The position numbers and the translations under genes were made by a program. A DNA stretch of 64,000 bases from a virus (lineage: Duplodnaviria; Caudoviricetes). Shown in pieces: positions 18,270 to 27,964 of this stretch (position 1 is its first letter; each line of letters opens with the position of its first letter). The stretch spans positions 1 through 64,000 of IMG/VR virus record IMGVR_UViG_2767802123_000001; one strand, written 5' to 3'. The notes below the pieces were generated by a model. That model was not told the origin of the DNA, did no database searches, and saw only the letters and a program-made list of their open reading frames with translations.

Positions 18270-18558
18270 GGCCGCCTCCTCGGTTGTCGCGGGCGGCTTC
18301 GGAGACCGCGTGCAGCACGCGCTCGGTGGTCTGGGCGGTACCCATCAGCATGTCGAGCTGCGCCTGCTGGATCTCGATGAGTTCCTGGCGGCCCTCGGCG
18401 AGGGTCTGCCAGAGCTGCACCTGCTGGTTGGCCTGCTCGCGCATCATGTCCACGGTGCTGCGTGGCACCAGCGCCCCGCGCAGCACCATGAGCACGACGA
18501 GCAGGACGATTCCGCCGGCGCCCAGCGTCGGGGTGAGGAACGCGGTGAATCCGTCCAC
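18241..18558 (-). CDS. Membrane protein (1 TM plus coiled coil)
   Basis: GAGGIVLLVVLMVLRGALVPR. Confidence 0.65.
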   Translation of the reverse strand: MDGFTAFLTPTLGAGGIVLLVVLMVLRGALVPRSTVDMMREQANQQVQLWQTLAEGRQELIEIQQAQLDMLMGTAQTTERVLHAVSEAARDNRGGGRALAQAPEE

Positions 18559-18560
18559 GG

Positions 18561-19040
18561 CTACAGCCCCGTCAGCCAGGAGAAGTCGGCGGCCTGGACG
18601 GCGCTGCACGCGGCGGCGATGTCGTCGTCCGTCAGCTCGCCCTTGTCCACCAGGGCGCGCACCAGGCCGACGAGCATCACGTCCTGGCTGAAGAGGATGG
18701 CCCGCTGCGCGGCGGGGAGGGCCGGGACGCTCACACCCAGCTTGGCCAGCAGCTCCTTGTGCGTGGTCCAGAACAGACCGAGAACCGATTTCACGGCCTG
18801 GCTGGACCCGGCCCGTGCGAACACCGCGCGGCTGCCCGTCTCGTCGTCCCCGAGGTCGCTCCAGGCGCCTGTGAGGCTGAGGCCCAGGGACGTGAGCGCG
18901 GCCTCTGTCTCGGTCTGGGCCGCCGTGCGGCTGGTGGCCCGCAGCGGTCTGGCCCGGGACTCCGTTGACAGCCCCGAGGCGTACCAGGTGCCGGTGTCGT
19001 ATTCGTAGTGCACCCGGACGGCGACGTATCCAGCGGGCAC
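18561..19040 (-). CDS. Hypothetical protein
   Basis: AGGAGGAG RBS before GTG. Confidence 0.6.
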   Translation of the reverse strand: MPAGYVAVRVHYEYDTGTWYASGLSTESRARPLRATSRTAAQTETEAALTSLGLSLTGAWSDLGDDETGSRAVFARAGSSQAVKSVLGLFWTTHKELLAKLGVSVPALPAAQRAILFSQDVMLVGLVRALVDKGELTDDDIAAACSAVQAADFSWLTGL

Positions 19041-19048
19041 GGCTCCTC

Positions 19049-19585
19049 CTAGAACGGCAGCACGCTGATGCGCCGGGACTGGTAGTTGCCGGTTCCGCCG
19101 GCGACGCGGTACTTCATCGTGAACGTGTTGGACCCTGCGGTCAGGTCGTTGTGGAACACGGTGTTGCTGCACACCACACCGTTGTTGGCCACGCCGTAGG
19201 TGCCTACGCCCCGGTTGTCCGCCGGGGCGATGGAGGACGCGCCGCTGATCTCGTACGAGCAGCGGGAGCTGGACGTGCCGGTGTTGTGGATGGACGTCGA
19301 GATGACGACCAGGGCGCAGTTTCCGGTGGTCACGGTGAGGGACGGGCCGCTCGTGGCGTCCAGGTCGGTGTAGGACGTGGACGTGGTGACGTCGGCGGTG
19401 AGGTTCGTGGCCACCACGCCGTTGCGCTCAGCGATTTGGTTCGTCGCCGTGGTGACGAAGTACCCGCCGGGCGTGACCGCTTTGGCGGGGGCGGTCTCGG
19501 CGAGGTTGTCTCTCACGAACTGGTTGAACTGCGCCGCCGTGAAGACGGAGCCGGCGACTGCGGTCATGGGTGCTGTCCAGGCCAC
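19049..19585 (-). CDS. Minor tail / fibre-like protein, paralog 2
   Basis: MAWTAPMTAVAG...FTAAQFNQFVRDNL; Thr/Ser-rich. Confidence 0.75.
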   Translation of the reverse strand: MAWTAPMTAVAGSVFTAAQFNQFVRDNLAETAPAKAVTPGGYFVTTATNQIAERNGVVATNLTADVTTSTSYTDLDATSGPSLTVTTGNCALVVISTSIHNTGTSSSRCSYEISGASSIAPADNRGVGTYGVANNGVVCSNTVFHNDLTAGSNTFTMKYRVAGGTGNYQSRRISVLPF

Positions 19586-19599
19586 GGCCTGCTCCTCCC

Positions 19600-20142
19600 C
19601 TACAGCGGCAGGACCGCGATTTCGCGGTCCCGGAACGAGGCGGTACCGGACGCGCCGACCCGGTACTTCATGGTGAACGTGTTACTGCCGGCGTTGAGGC
19701 CGGTGAAGATGTGGAAGCTGCCGCCGCGTACGAAGTTGCCGGCGGTGATGCCGTCCACGCTGTGCTGCCAGGCGTTGGACGCGGCGACGGTGGAGGCGCC
19801 GGAGACGGCCACGGAGCACGCGGTCTCGTTGTTGTCGGCGTTGTGCGCGTGGCTGGCCGCGAACCACACGAACGCGATGTTGCCGGTGTCGACGGTGACC
19901 CGGGGGCCGACGGTGGTCAGGTCCACGAAGCTGGACGACGTCGTGGACTGCGTGGTGGAGACCGAGGCCTGCGTGGGAACGCGGGTGGTGATCGCGTTCG
20001 GGCCGGTGGAAACGAAAAGCTGGCTCGCGGCGGTTGCCTTCGCGGGCGCGGTCTCGTTCAGGTTGTCTCTCACGAACTGGTTGAACTGTGCCGCCGTGAA
20101 GGTCGCCCCAGCGACTGCGGTCATGGGTGCTGTCCAGGCCAT
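19600..20142 (-). CDS. Minor tail / fibre-like protein, paralog 1
   Basis: Near-identical N-terminus to 19049-19585. Confidence 0.75.
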   Translation of the reverse strand: MAWTAPMTAVAGATFTAAQFNQFVRDNLNETAPAKATAASQLFVSTGPNAITTRVPTQASVSTTQSTTSSSFVDLTTVGPRVTVDTGNIAFVWFAASHAHNADNNETACSVAVSGASTVAASNAWQHSVDGITAGNFVRGGSFHIFTGLNAGSNTFTMKYRVGASGTASFRDREIAVLPL

Positions 20143-20188
20143 TGATCAAGCCACCTCCGGAGCCCGGCCGACCGGGAGTTTTGGGGGC

Positions 20189-20273
20189 TGTACCGCCTGT
20201 ACCCTCTGCTCCGTATAACGCTTATACGAGGCCAATTTTTCAGTCATGGGGAGAAGAGGGTACAGGCGGTACA
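20189..20273. repeat. Perfect 19-bp inverted repeat enclosing a second palindrome
   Basis: TGTACCGCCTGTACCCTCT (20189-20207) / AGAGGGTACAGGCGGTACA (20255-20273); CGTATAA-N3-TTATACG at 20212-20228. Confidence 0.85.
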
Positions 20274-20347
20274 CGTCTGTGAGTCTGCGCCCGACCTGCG
20301 GGTTTTCACCCTTAACAGTTATTGCGCCTAACGTTTTCGCGTGATCG

Positions 20348-20758
20348 TCAACGCACACCGTGGGCCTCGTTCTCGTCCTCAAGATCCCGGACGCTCTGCC
20401 CGTGAGGCAGGCCGAAACGGACCGCTACCGGATGGTCCGCCGGGTACCAGTTGCGGGTCCCGGGCACCGGCCGCCGGGTGAGCACCGCGAGGAGTTCGTG
20501 CTGGTTGTCCGGCCAGACGATGGGCGCCTGCATCCCGCAGTGCGAGCACATGTAGAAGTCCAGCGCCCGGTCCCTCGGCCCGCCCATGCGGGAGGGCCGG
20601 TACAGGAACTCCACGTTGCCGCAGCCCGGCCTTCCCGGCTCCGCCCCGGGCCGTGGGCAGTCGGCCACCCACTCCCCGCTGTAGACATACGCCCGTGCCA
20701 CCGGTGTCCGCTCGCGCGGTACCTCCATCGCCATCCCCTCACGTCCCCAGCCGGCCAC
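20348..20758 (-). CDS. Hypothetical Cys-containing tail-region protein (start uncertain)
   Basis: ARAYVYSGEWVADCP...C...CSHC...RNWYP. Confidence 0.65.
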   Translation of the reverse strand: MAGWGREGMAMEVPRERTPVARAYVYSGEWVADCPRPGAEPGRPGCGNVEFLYRPSRMGGPRDRALDFYMCSHCGMQAPIVWPDNQHELLAVLTRRPVPGTRNWYPADHPVAVRFGLPHGQSVRDLEDENEAHGVR

Positions 20759-23700
20759 GGTCGAACTGACCCTGGACCGGATCGTCGAACACGAACACCT
20801 CGCCGGGGGTGTCGGCCACGGTCAGGTCGAACACGCCCTGGTCGAACCCCGCGCCGCGCTGGTCGAACCGGAACACGTTGTCCGGCGCCACCAGGTCCGC
20901 CTCACACCCGAGCACCACCGAGTGCACCGGCGCCCGGCCCGGCCTGCCGGTGCGCTGAACCGTGTGCGTGACCCGCTCCACGAAGAAGTCGCCGTCCAGG
21001 CCCATCTCCTCGTTGACGATGCGGATGCAGTCGCTGACGGTGCGCTGGAGCACCTGCATGAAATGCGCCGGGTCCGAACTGACCACCCGGAGCTGCACCG
21101 TGGGCCGTCGGCGCGCATAGTGCAGCAGGATCATGTTCGCGATGGCCTCGGCGTCCGCCGGGCTCGCCCACGGGGCGCTGTCCGGGTAGGACCGCTCGCC
21201 GTGACGGGTGACCGAGCCCGGGTCGGTCAGCGACACCTTCACCGTGCGCTGCACCGTCAGCGGACGCGCCCGGAGCTGCACCCGTGTGACCGTCACCGGG
21301 CCACCCACCGCGCGCAGCGTCAGCGTGGCCGAGGCCCCCGACGTCCGGCTGAGCAACGTCCACACCGAAGCCCCTCCGGGAGCGGTGAACGCGATGTCCG
21401 TGCCGCTCCGGGGCGTGACCGCGTCCACGAACGGGTCGGAGGAGGTGACCTCGATCTCCACCGACTGCCCGGCGGCCAGGTGGTAGGTGGACTCGTCGGT
21501 CCATACCGCTTCCAGCACCGCTGACGGCGCCCGCACGTCCACATCGAACGTGACCGAGTTGACGACGTCCCGCCAGCCGTGGGAGTAGGTGAACGGCTTG
21601 GTGAAGCTGTAACCCGTCGCCGGTGGAGATCCGGCCGTGCAGTCCCCCAGCCGGCCGCCGGTGAAGGTCGCCCGCACCTCCCGTGACTGCGTGCGCATCA
21701 GCCGGTGGTGCCGGTCCCGGAATACGAACGTGTTGTCCGGGGCGACGTAGGCGACCGCAGGCGGGCCCTCGGACTTCACCAGCTCGTTGATGGCGCTCAG
21801 GGCGTCGGTGCCCTCTGCCCACCAGTACGGCACCACGGAGGCGCCTACATCGATGTCCCGGCCGCCAGTCCAGCCGACCAGGTCCAGCACGGCGTTGATC
21901 AGCTCACCGGTGTGCAGACTGGCATACACGCCCGTGCTCAGCTTGATGCCGGACAGGTCGTTCAGGGCATCAAGGAACGTGAACTCCGCCGTGCGGTCGC
22001 CGTAGTCGGCGTGCACGTTGTAGTCGTCGATGCGGCCGTTGAACAGGTCGTGCGTCTGGCCGTTGAAGTCGACGGATGCGCGCATCAGCCGCGCCGGGTC
22101 CAGGTCGCCGTACAGCGGGCTGGCCTCGTTCTCGGGGCTGTACTTCCGGTCGGAGTTGTCCAGTGTGAACGAGGCGGAGCCGACGGCCGCCGGGTTGAGC
22201 TGCCGTTCCTGGTCCCTGCCGTAGCTGACGGAGATGTCCGAGATGATGTCCTCGGTCACCTCCTCGGGGTCCGCCGGATCGGACGCCTGGAAGTTGCGGA
22301 ACGAGATCGTCGCGGGCACGACCGTGGACGACGTGTTCGTGCGCACGCCGACCGGTCCGGGCTCGGTGAGCGGCAGACCGGTGGTCACCGTGGCGTTGAC
22401 CTGCCAGCCGGGTTCCGGCCCGGCGGGGTCCCAGACCTTGGCGCGCAGCGTCTGGCCGGTCAGCCTGAAGCGCAGCCGGTACCAGGTCGCCGGGGACAGT
22501 GCGAGCGGGAAGGAGACGGCCAGCGCGGTCTCCCCCTCGTAGGACGCGTACTTGCGCACGCTGAGGCTGCTCAGGCTCCCGTCCTGGGGGATCTGCAACC
22601 TGGTGTAGTAGTAGCTCTCCGAGGTCAGGCGGGCGAACAGGAACACAAAGTGATGATTGTTGGCCGGCCGCTGGTCCATGGAGAAGTCGACGGCCAGGTC
22701 CACGTCTTCCACGTAAGGCGACAACACGGTGTAGCGGTCGGTGTTGCTGGTGGAGAGCACGTGACGGCCGACCCCGGAGGAGACCGAGAAGTCCGACGGG
22801 ACCCCGTAGAAGGACGTCCAGCTCTGCCCGGTGTCGGCCGTACCCCAACCGTCCGTCACCGTGCGGTTGAAGGAGTCCGTGGCCCAGGTGTCGCCCAGTT
22901 CCTCCACACCCTCGGGGGTGCCGTCCCCGTTCCAGTCGACGCCCACCTTGTAGACGGGCAGGCCCTCCTCCGCGCACAGGTCCCACCCGCCCGGCGCGGT
23001 CTGCACGGTGGGGCTGTGGGCTGTGGCGGACACGGTCGCCGTGCCGGGCAGGGCGACGGTGGCGGCTGCGGCCGTGACCGGCTTGAGCGCCAGGGACCAC
23101 ATCGTCGAGCCGCCCTGGCAGATGGCGTCCCCACCGGCGGACGTCGTCGAGCGCTGCGTCTGCGCGCCCGCAGAGAGGGAGGCCCCCGAGTCGTACAGCG
23201 CGGCGAACAGCTCCCCGAACCCGTCGGTGTCGTCCACACGTTCGGTGTTCGTCCCGCCGGATACGGTGACGGTCCGGGCCTGCCAGGCCGAGCCGGAGCG
23301 GAAGGTCAGCAACCAGTCCCCGCTCGCCACGGTGGTGAGCTGCGGGTGCACTTGCGTCGCCGCCGTGTTCGCCGTTCCGGTGGCCGACCACTTCTCGATC
23401 GGCCCGGCCGGGTCCACGCCGCTGTACGCGGCCGTGAACGCCAGGACGTACGGGCTGCCGGTGGGCCACGGCTGCTTGGAGAAGGAGAACGAGGCGCTGG
23501 ACGTCGTCCCCGTGGCCACGCGGTAGTAGACCCGCGTCTGCACCTGCGAGGCGGAGGCGCCGGGCAGCGACTGCCCCGCGCTCGCCGTGCCCAGCAGGGT
23601 CCAGCCGCTCGGGGAGGACGTCGGGGCCACGTTGTTGTCGTAGACGAGGAAGAGCAGCAGCAGGTCCCCGGCGGCGTGGCCGGGAGGCATGGTGACGGTC

Positions 23701-23768
23701 TGCGGGTTCGCCGCGTAGGTCATGTCGGCCTTGAGCCGGGTCCCGACGGAGCGGAAGGCGACAGGCAT
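20739..23768 (-). CDS. Large minor tail protein
   Basis: 1009 aa directly after tape measure; beta-rich; baseplate-like C-terminal half. Confidence 0.8.
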   Translation of the reverse strand: MPVAFRSVGTRLKADMTYAANPQTVTMPPGHAAGDLLLLFLVYDNNVAPTSSPSGWTLLGTASAGQSLPGASASQVQTRVYYRVATGTTSSASFSFSKQPWPTGSPYVLAFTAAYSGVDPAGPIEKWSATGTANTAATQVHPQLTTVASGDWLLTFRSGSAWQARTVTVSGGTNTERVDDTDGFGELFAALYDSGASLSAGAQTQRSTTSAGGDAICQGGSTMWSLALKPVTAAAATVALPGTATVSATAHSPTVQTAPGGWDLCAEEGLPVYKVGVDWNGDGTPEGVEELGDTWATDSFNRTVTDGWGTADTGQSWTSFYGVPSDFSVSSGVGRHVLSTSNTDRYTVLSPYVEDVDLAVDFSMDQRPANNHHFVFLFARLTSESYYYTRLQIPQDGSLSSLSVRKYASYEGETALAVSFPLALSPATWYRLRFRLTGQTLRAKVWDPAGPEPGWQVNATVTTGLPLTEPGPVGVRTNTSSTVVPATISFRNFQASDPADPEEVTEDIISDISVSYGRDQERQLNPAAVGSASFTLDNSDRKYSPENEASPLYGDLDPARLMRASVDFNGQTHDLFNGRIDDYNVHADYGDRTAEFTFLDALNDLSGIKLSTGVYASLHTGELINAVLDLVGWTGGRDIDVGASVVPYWWAEGTDALSAINELVKSEGPPAVAYVAPDNTFVFRDRHHRLMRTQSREVRATFTGGRLGDCTAGSPPATGYSFTKPFTYSHGWRDVVNSVTFDVDVRAPSAVLEAVWTDESTYHLAAGQSVEIEVTSSDPFVDAVTPRSGTDIAFTAPGGASVWTLLSRTSGASATLTLRAVGGPVTVTRVQLRARPLTVQRTVKVSLTDPGSVTRHGERSYPDSAPWASPADAEAIANMILLHYARRRPTVQLRVVSSDPAHFMQVLQRTVSDCIRIVNEEMGLDGDFFVERVTHTVQRTGRPGRAPVHSVVLGCEADLVAPDNVFRFDQRGAGFDQGVFDLTVADTPGEVFVFDDPVQGQFDRGRLGT

Positions 23769-26700
23769 CTACGCTCGCCCTCCCATCGCGCGGGGCAGCC
23801 GGCTGCGGCGGTCCAGTTGCTCCAGGGAGCCGACCAGCCAGTCCAGCGTCTGCTGCCGGGAGCCGATGACTCCGTGGTTCTCCACCGTCAGGTGCACCAC
23901 GGTGGGGGCAGTCGCGGCCTGGCGGGCAGAGGCGCGGTGGCTGCGCACTCGCGCGCCGGCGGGCAGCTTCAGCAGCTCCGGGCCCATCTCACCGACCCAG
24001 TGCCAGCCGGCCGAGGCGCCGTCGGTGCCGAGCGCGTAGCCGCCGGGCCGGTTGTAGGCGCGGGGCAGTGATCCGTACGCCGCGAGTGCGTAGCGCATCG
24101 AGGCGTACACGTTGGCAAGGGGGTTGATCGATGTGCCGTACATGAACGGACCCGTCCGGCGGAACCTTCCGGCGTGCGCCTGGAAGGTCGGCCGGATGAC
24201 CTGCATGAGGCCGACCGACGGGTAACCGCGCTTGGCGTTGATGTCCCAGAGGTTGACCGCGCGCGGGTTGCCCCCGGACTCCTGGTTCATGCGGCGCAGG
24301 GTGATACCTGTGTACGCGGCGGGCTGGCCGACGAGCCCGAGGGCTTGGCGCACGACACCTGTCCAGCGCTTGACGCCGGATCCGCCGATGTCGACGTTGC
24401 CGCCTCCACCGCCGAACCCGAGCAGGTCCGACCCCACGGACTTCACGGCCTTGATCAGTCCGTCCACGGCCATGCGCGGCAGCCTGGCGACCATGCGCGC
24501 CCAGGAGCTGGAGCCGATAGCCCGGGTGATGTTCCTCAAGGGACCCATCAGCAAGTCCTTCGCCTTGCCTACCGGGTTGGACAGGAACCCCAGGGCGGCC
24601 TTGCCCAGGGATTTCCCGGTGTCGAACACGGACCCGATGGCGCCCTTGATGGAGCCGAGGATGCCGCCGTCCGCCATGAAGTGCGCACCGGCCGCCTGCC
24701 ACAGGCCCCGCGCTCGCGTGGCGTACTTGGGGTCGGTGGGGATGACGTACTCGGGGTACCGGGGGTTCCCCTCGCCGACGATGGCCGTCGGCTTGTTGAA
24801 CATCCCGGGCTGCGCCCGGCCGACGGTGCCGCCGGAGGCCAGAAGCTTGACGCTCTTCAGGCTGTTCCGCAGCCCGACCCATCCGGCGATCTTCCCCCAG
24901 ACGCTGACCAGGCCCCGGTTCCACACCCGATCCAGCACCCAGTTGACCGGCGCTTTCGTCTTGCTCTTGATCCCGGCCCAGATGGTGCCGATGCCGTCGC
25001 GCATCTCCCGGAAATAACCTTTGACCCTGTCACGCAGGGTTCGCGCCCAGCCGGGGATCGTCTTGGTGAAGAAGTTGCTGATCGGCGTGAAGACCCGGTT
25101 CTTGATCGACGTGTAGACGTCGTACAGGCCGTTACGCAGACTCCCCCACGTGTTGACCACTTTGGTCCGCAGCGTGACCGCCCAGCCGGGGATCGTCTTG
25201 GTGAAGAAGTTGCTGATCGGCGTGAAGATCTTGCTTTTGATCGACGCGTAGACGACAGCGAGTTTGTCGCGCAGGGAGTACCAGTGAGTGATCACCAGGC
25301 TGACCAGCGTGACCGCCCAGCCGGGGATCGTCTTGGTGAAGAAGTTGCTGATCGGCGTGAAGATCCGGTTCTTGATCGACGTGTAGGCGGTGACGAGCCG
25401 GTCGCGCAGGGTGTACCAGTGACCCACGACCAGGCTGACCAGCGTGACCGCCCAGCCGGGGATCGTCTTGGTGAAGAAATTGCTGATCGGCGTAAGCACT
25501 TTGGACTTGATCAGCTCCCAGACGAGCGCCAGTCCGGCCCGCAGCAGATCCCACCGCACCAGGACATAGCGCACTGCCGTCTCCACCGGTACGGTCAGCA
25601 GGCTGACCAGGGCGTTCCACTTGGTCTGCACCCAGTTGAGCAGCGACCGGAAGGCGCCGGGGATCGTCTCGGTGAAGAACCTGACGAACGGCCCCGCGAA
25701 CCAGCCCCCGACCGCGACACCTACGTCCTTCACCCAGTTCAGGGCAGCCTTCACCCCGTTGCGGAAGGTCTCGCTCTTTTTCCAGGCGACGAAGAAGGCG
25801 GCACCAAGGGCCACCAGGGCCGTGATGATCAAGCCGACCGGGTTGGTCAGCATCGCCACGGCGAGAGCGCGCATGGCGCCGGCTGTCAGCAGCACGGCCG
25901 CACGGGCAAGACGCAGCACACCCGTGAACAACCGCAACCCCAACGCTGCGGCCCGGGACGCAGCCGTGAAGGCCCACGTGGCTGCGGTGGACGCGGCCGT
26001 GCTCACGGCGTAGGCAGCCTGCTGGATCCGGAACCAGAGCAGCGCTGCGCGGCTGGAGGCCACGGCGCCGTTGCTCGCGGCCACAGACGTGCCGAAGGCC
26101 CACGTGGCAGCTGCCGCTGCGGCCTGGTAGATGGCATACAGCTTCATCGCCGCGTTGACGGCGAGGATCGCTGGGACGAGCAGGCGGAGCACCGGCGTGG
26201 GGATGGCCGCGACGAGCTGTGAGAAGAGCTGGAGCACCATCAGGCCCATGCCGCCCAAGGGACCGGCGGCAGACGCGATGTCTCCGAGGGCTGCGGCGAA
26301 CTCCTTGATGGCCGGGACGGCTCCGCGCGCCCGCTCCAGGAACGTGGCGAACCCTTCGCTGTCCCCGAGGTTCGCGCCGAAGTCGGCGAACCGCTGCGTC
26401 AGCTCGACCATGCCGCCGGACATCTGGCTCTGGACCGGCATGAAGGCATTGATCATGCCGACGACACCCACCGTCACGTTCCGGATGGACGTCAGGAAGT
26501 TACCGAGGGCGCTGCCGGCGTTGCCTTGCAGGTTGGCGCCGAACTCCTTGAAGACCCGGCCCGCCTGGCCCTCGCCGAACGAGGACGCGAACTCCTTGAT
26601 CTCCCGGGCACCGATGCGCACGAACGGGGTCAGCTTGGGCAGCAGGTCCCGGATCTTCTCGATACCGGCCGTGAAGATCGGCATGGTGGTCCCGGACAGG

Positions 26701-27260
26701 GAATCGGACCACTTGTCGATGTCGTCCTTCAGACCCTGGAAAGACTTGGCCGTCTCCCGGGTGGCCGGGGTCATGGCCTTCATTTTCTCGTCGTAGATGG
26801 CCTGAGACTTGCGTGCAACGTCGGTAGCGGACGTGACTTCGCCCAGAGCCTTGTTGTACTCCTGCGCCTTCTCCTTGGCGCCCTCCGACATGTCTTTCGT
26901 GATCTTGATTTGCTGGCCGTACTTGACGCCCATGTCCTTGGCCAGCTTCTGGGCGTGCGCCTTGGCGAGGGTCACCTTCTCATTGGCGTCCTCGGCCGCC
27001 TGCAACTTCTCGCTGGCCTCGGTGATCTTCGCGAACTGCGGTTTCACGGCCGCCGCGAAGGCACCGCCGGCCGCCCCGGCTGCGGCCAGAGAGGCCGCCA
27101 TGGCACCGGCGCCGGCAGCCACAGCGGCTTGGACCGGGAGGAAAGCCGAGGCCAAGGCGTGCGCGCCGATCTGCCCTAGTCCCTTGACCGCCTTCATGGC
27201 GGGGGCCGTGTCGGCGTCGATCCGGACGAACCCGGCCCCGATCAGGGTTCCGACGGGCAT
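23769..27260 (-). CDS. Tape measure protein with C-terminal lytic transglycosylase
   Basis: Ala-rich helical; 45-aa repeats; QESGGNPRAVNLWD...GLMQVI. Confidence 0.9.
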   Translation of the reverse strand: MPVGTLIGAGFVRIDADTAPAMKAVKGLGQIGAHALASAFLPVQAAVAAGAGAMAASLAAAGAAGGAFAAAVKPQFAKITEASEKLQAAEDANEKVTLAKAHAQKLAKDMGVKYGQQIKITKDMSEGAKEKAQEYNKALGEVTSATDVARKSQAIYDEKMKAMTPATRETAKSFQGLKDDIDKWSDSLSGTTMPIFTAGIEKIRDLLPKLTPFVRIGAREIKEFASSFGEGQAGRVFKEFGANLQGNAGSALGNFLTSIRNVTVGVVGMINAFMPVQSQMSGGMVELTQRFADFGANLGDSEGFATFLERARGAVPAIKEFAAALGDIASAAGPLGGMGLMVLQLFSQLVAAIPTPVLRLLVPAILAVNAAMKLYAIYQAAAAAATWAFGTSVAASNGAVASSRAALLWFRIQQAAYAVSTAASTAATWAFTAASRAAALGLRLFTGVLRLARAAVLLTAGAMRALAVAMLTNPVGLIITALVALGAAFFVAWKKSETFRNGVKAALNWVKDVGVAVGGWFAGPFVRFFTETIPGAFRSLLNWVQTKWNALVSLLTVPVETAVRYVLVRWDLLRAGLALVWELIKSKVLTPISNFFTKTIPGWAVTLVSLVVGHWYTLRDRLVTAYTSIKNRIFTPISNFFTKTIPGWAVTLVSLVITHWYSLRDKLAVVYASIKSKIFTPISNFFTKTIPGWAVTLRTKVVNTWGSLRNGLYDVYTSIKNRVFTPISNFFTKTIPGWARTLRDRVKGYFREMRDGIGTIWAGIKSKTKAPVNWVLDRVWNRGLVSVWGKIAGWVGLRNSLKSVKLLASGGTVGRAQPGMFNKPTAIVGEGNPRYPEYVIPTDPKYATRARGLWQAAGAHFMADGGILGSIKGAIGSVFDTGKSLGKAALGFLSNPVGKAKDLLMGPLRNITRAIGSSSWARMVARLPRMAVDGLIKAVKSVGSDLLGFGGGGGNVDIGGSGVKRWTGVVRQALGLVGQPAAYTGITLRRMNQESGGNPRAVNLWDINAKRGYPSVGLMQVIRPTFQAHAGRFRRTGPFMYGTSINPLANVYASMRYALAAYGSLPRAYNRPGGYALGTDGASAGWHWVGEMGPELLKLPAGARVRSHRASARQAATAPTVVHLTVENHGVIGSRQQTLDWLVGSLEQLDRRSRLPRAMGGRA
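25046..25495 (-). repeat. Four 135-bp (45-aa) tandem repeats in tape measure
   Basis: PISNFFTKTIPGWA units at 25046, 25181, 25316, 25451. Confidence 0.9.
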
Positions 27261-27608
27261 CTACAACACCACCCCTTGTGCCGCGAGGAACTGCTGGCTC
27301 GCGTCCTCCTCGCCGTGCCACCACCACGGGGCGCCCTCCTCGACCTCCACCGGCTCGGGCGCGGCCTGCCCCGGGGTGCGCCACAGACGCACCTCCAACT
27401 CGGAGTCCAGCCGCTGCTGCGCGGCGTCCTCCGGCTCGTTCTCGCGCGGCTCCGCTCGCTGGCACATCTCGTAATAGACGAGGTTCAGGAAGCGATCGAT
27501 GGGGAGGCTGCGGAGATCGATACCTCGGCCGGCGTACTGGCCGTCAAGGTAGTGCCAGGTCCCGGGCCGGAGGGCCCAGAGGGCGAGGCCGAGGACGGTT
27601 CGGTAGGG
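27261..27608 (-). CDS. Tail assembly chaperone, frameshifted extension (GT-type)
   Basis: -1 frame open from CGCCCTACC: PYRTVLGLALWALRPGTWHYLDG...DRFLNLVYYEM. Confidence 0.65.
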   Translation of the reverse strand, partial: PYRTVLGLALWALRPGTWHYLDGQYAGRGIDLRSLPIDRFLNLVYYEMCQRAEPRENEPEDAAQQRLDSELEVRLWRTPGQAAPEPVEVEEGAPWWWHGEEDASQQFLAAQGVVL

Positions 27609-27916
27609 CGGAGCCCGTACTGCTCCATCAGCCAGGTGACGATCTCCTCCACCTGGTCGATCTCGATGGGGTTCTCCCGGTCACGCATCCGTGCGGTGAA
27701 CCGCTCCAGTGACTCCGGCAGCAGAACGACCTCCAGCATCGAGCGGAAGGCCCGGAGCTGCTGGTCCACGGTCGCCGTGGTGTCCATGCTGGAGAACTCC
27801 GTGGCGAAGTCCAGCAGCACGTCGGCCGGCACGCCTCGCGCGGCGTGGAAGAGGTCGTCGTCCACGCGGAAGGAAATGTCCTTCCGCTTCTTCGTGAAGT
27901 CGCGCATCTCGGTCAT
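27485..27916 (-). CDS. Tail assembly chaperone (G-type)
   Basis: Position before tape measure; ends YGLRPT plus low-complexity tail. Confidence 0.75.
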   Translation of the reverse strand: MTEMRDFTKKRKDISFRVDDDLFHAARGVPADVLLDFATEFSSMDTTATVDQQLRAFRSMLEVVLLPESLERFTARMRDRENPIEIDQVEEIVTWLMEQYGLRPTEPSSASPSGPSGPGPGTTLTASTPAEVSISAASPSIAS

Positions 27917-27964
27917 GGCGCGCACGGTAAGCCCACAGCACACCATGATCGTTCCGGAGCCGCG

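Noticed and set aside
19049-20142. Diversity-generating retroelement TR/VR pair
   Set aside because: No reverse transcriptase in the window, both copies are intact ORFs, and differences are not adenine-specific.
21705-26222. Long plus-strand ORFs (788 aa, 682 aa; also 32896-34938 and 4658-5842 on the minus strand)
   Set aside because: Antisense shadows of real high-GC genes; no RBS or recognisable motifs.
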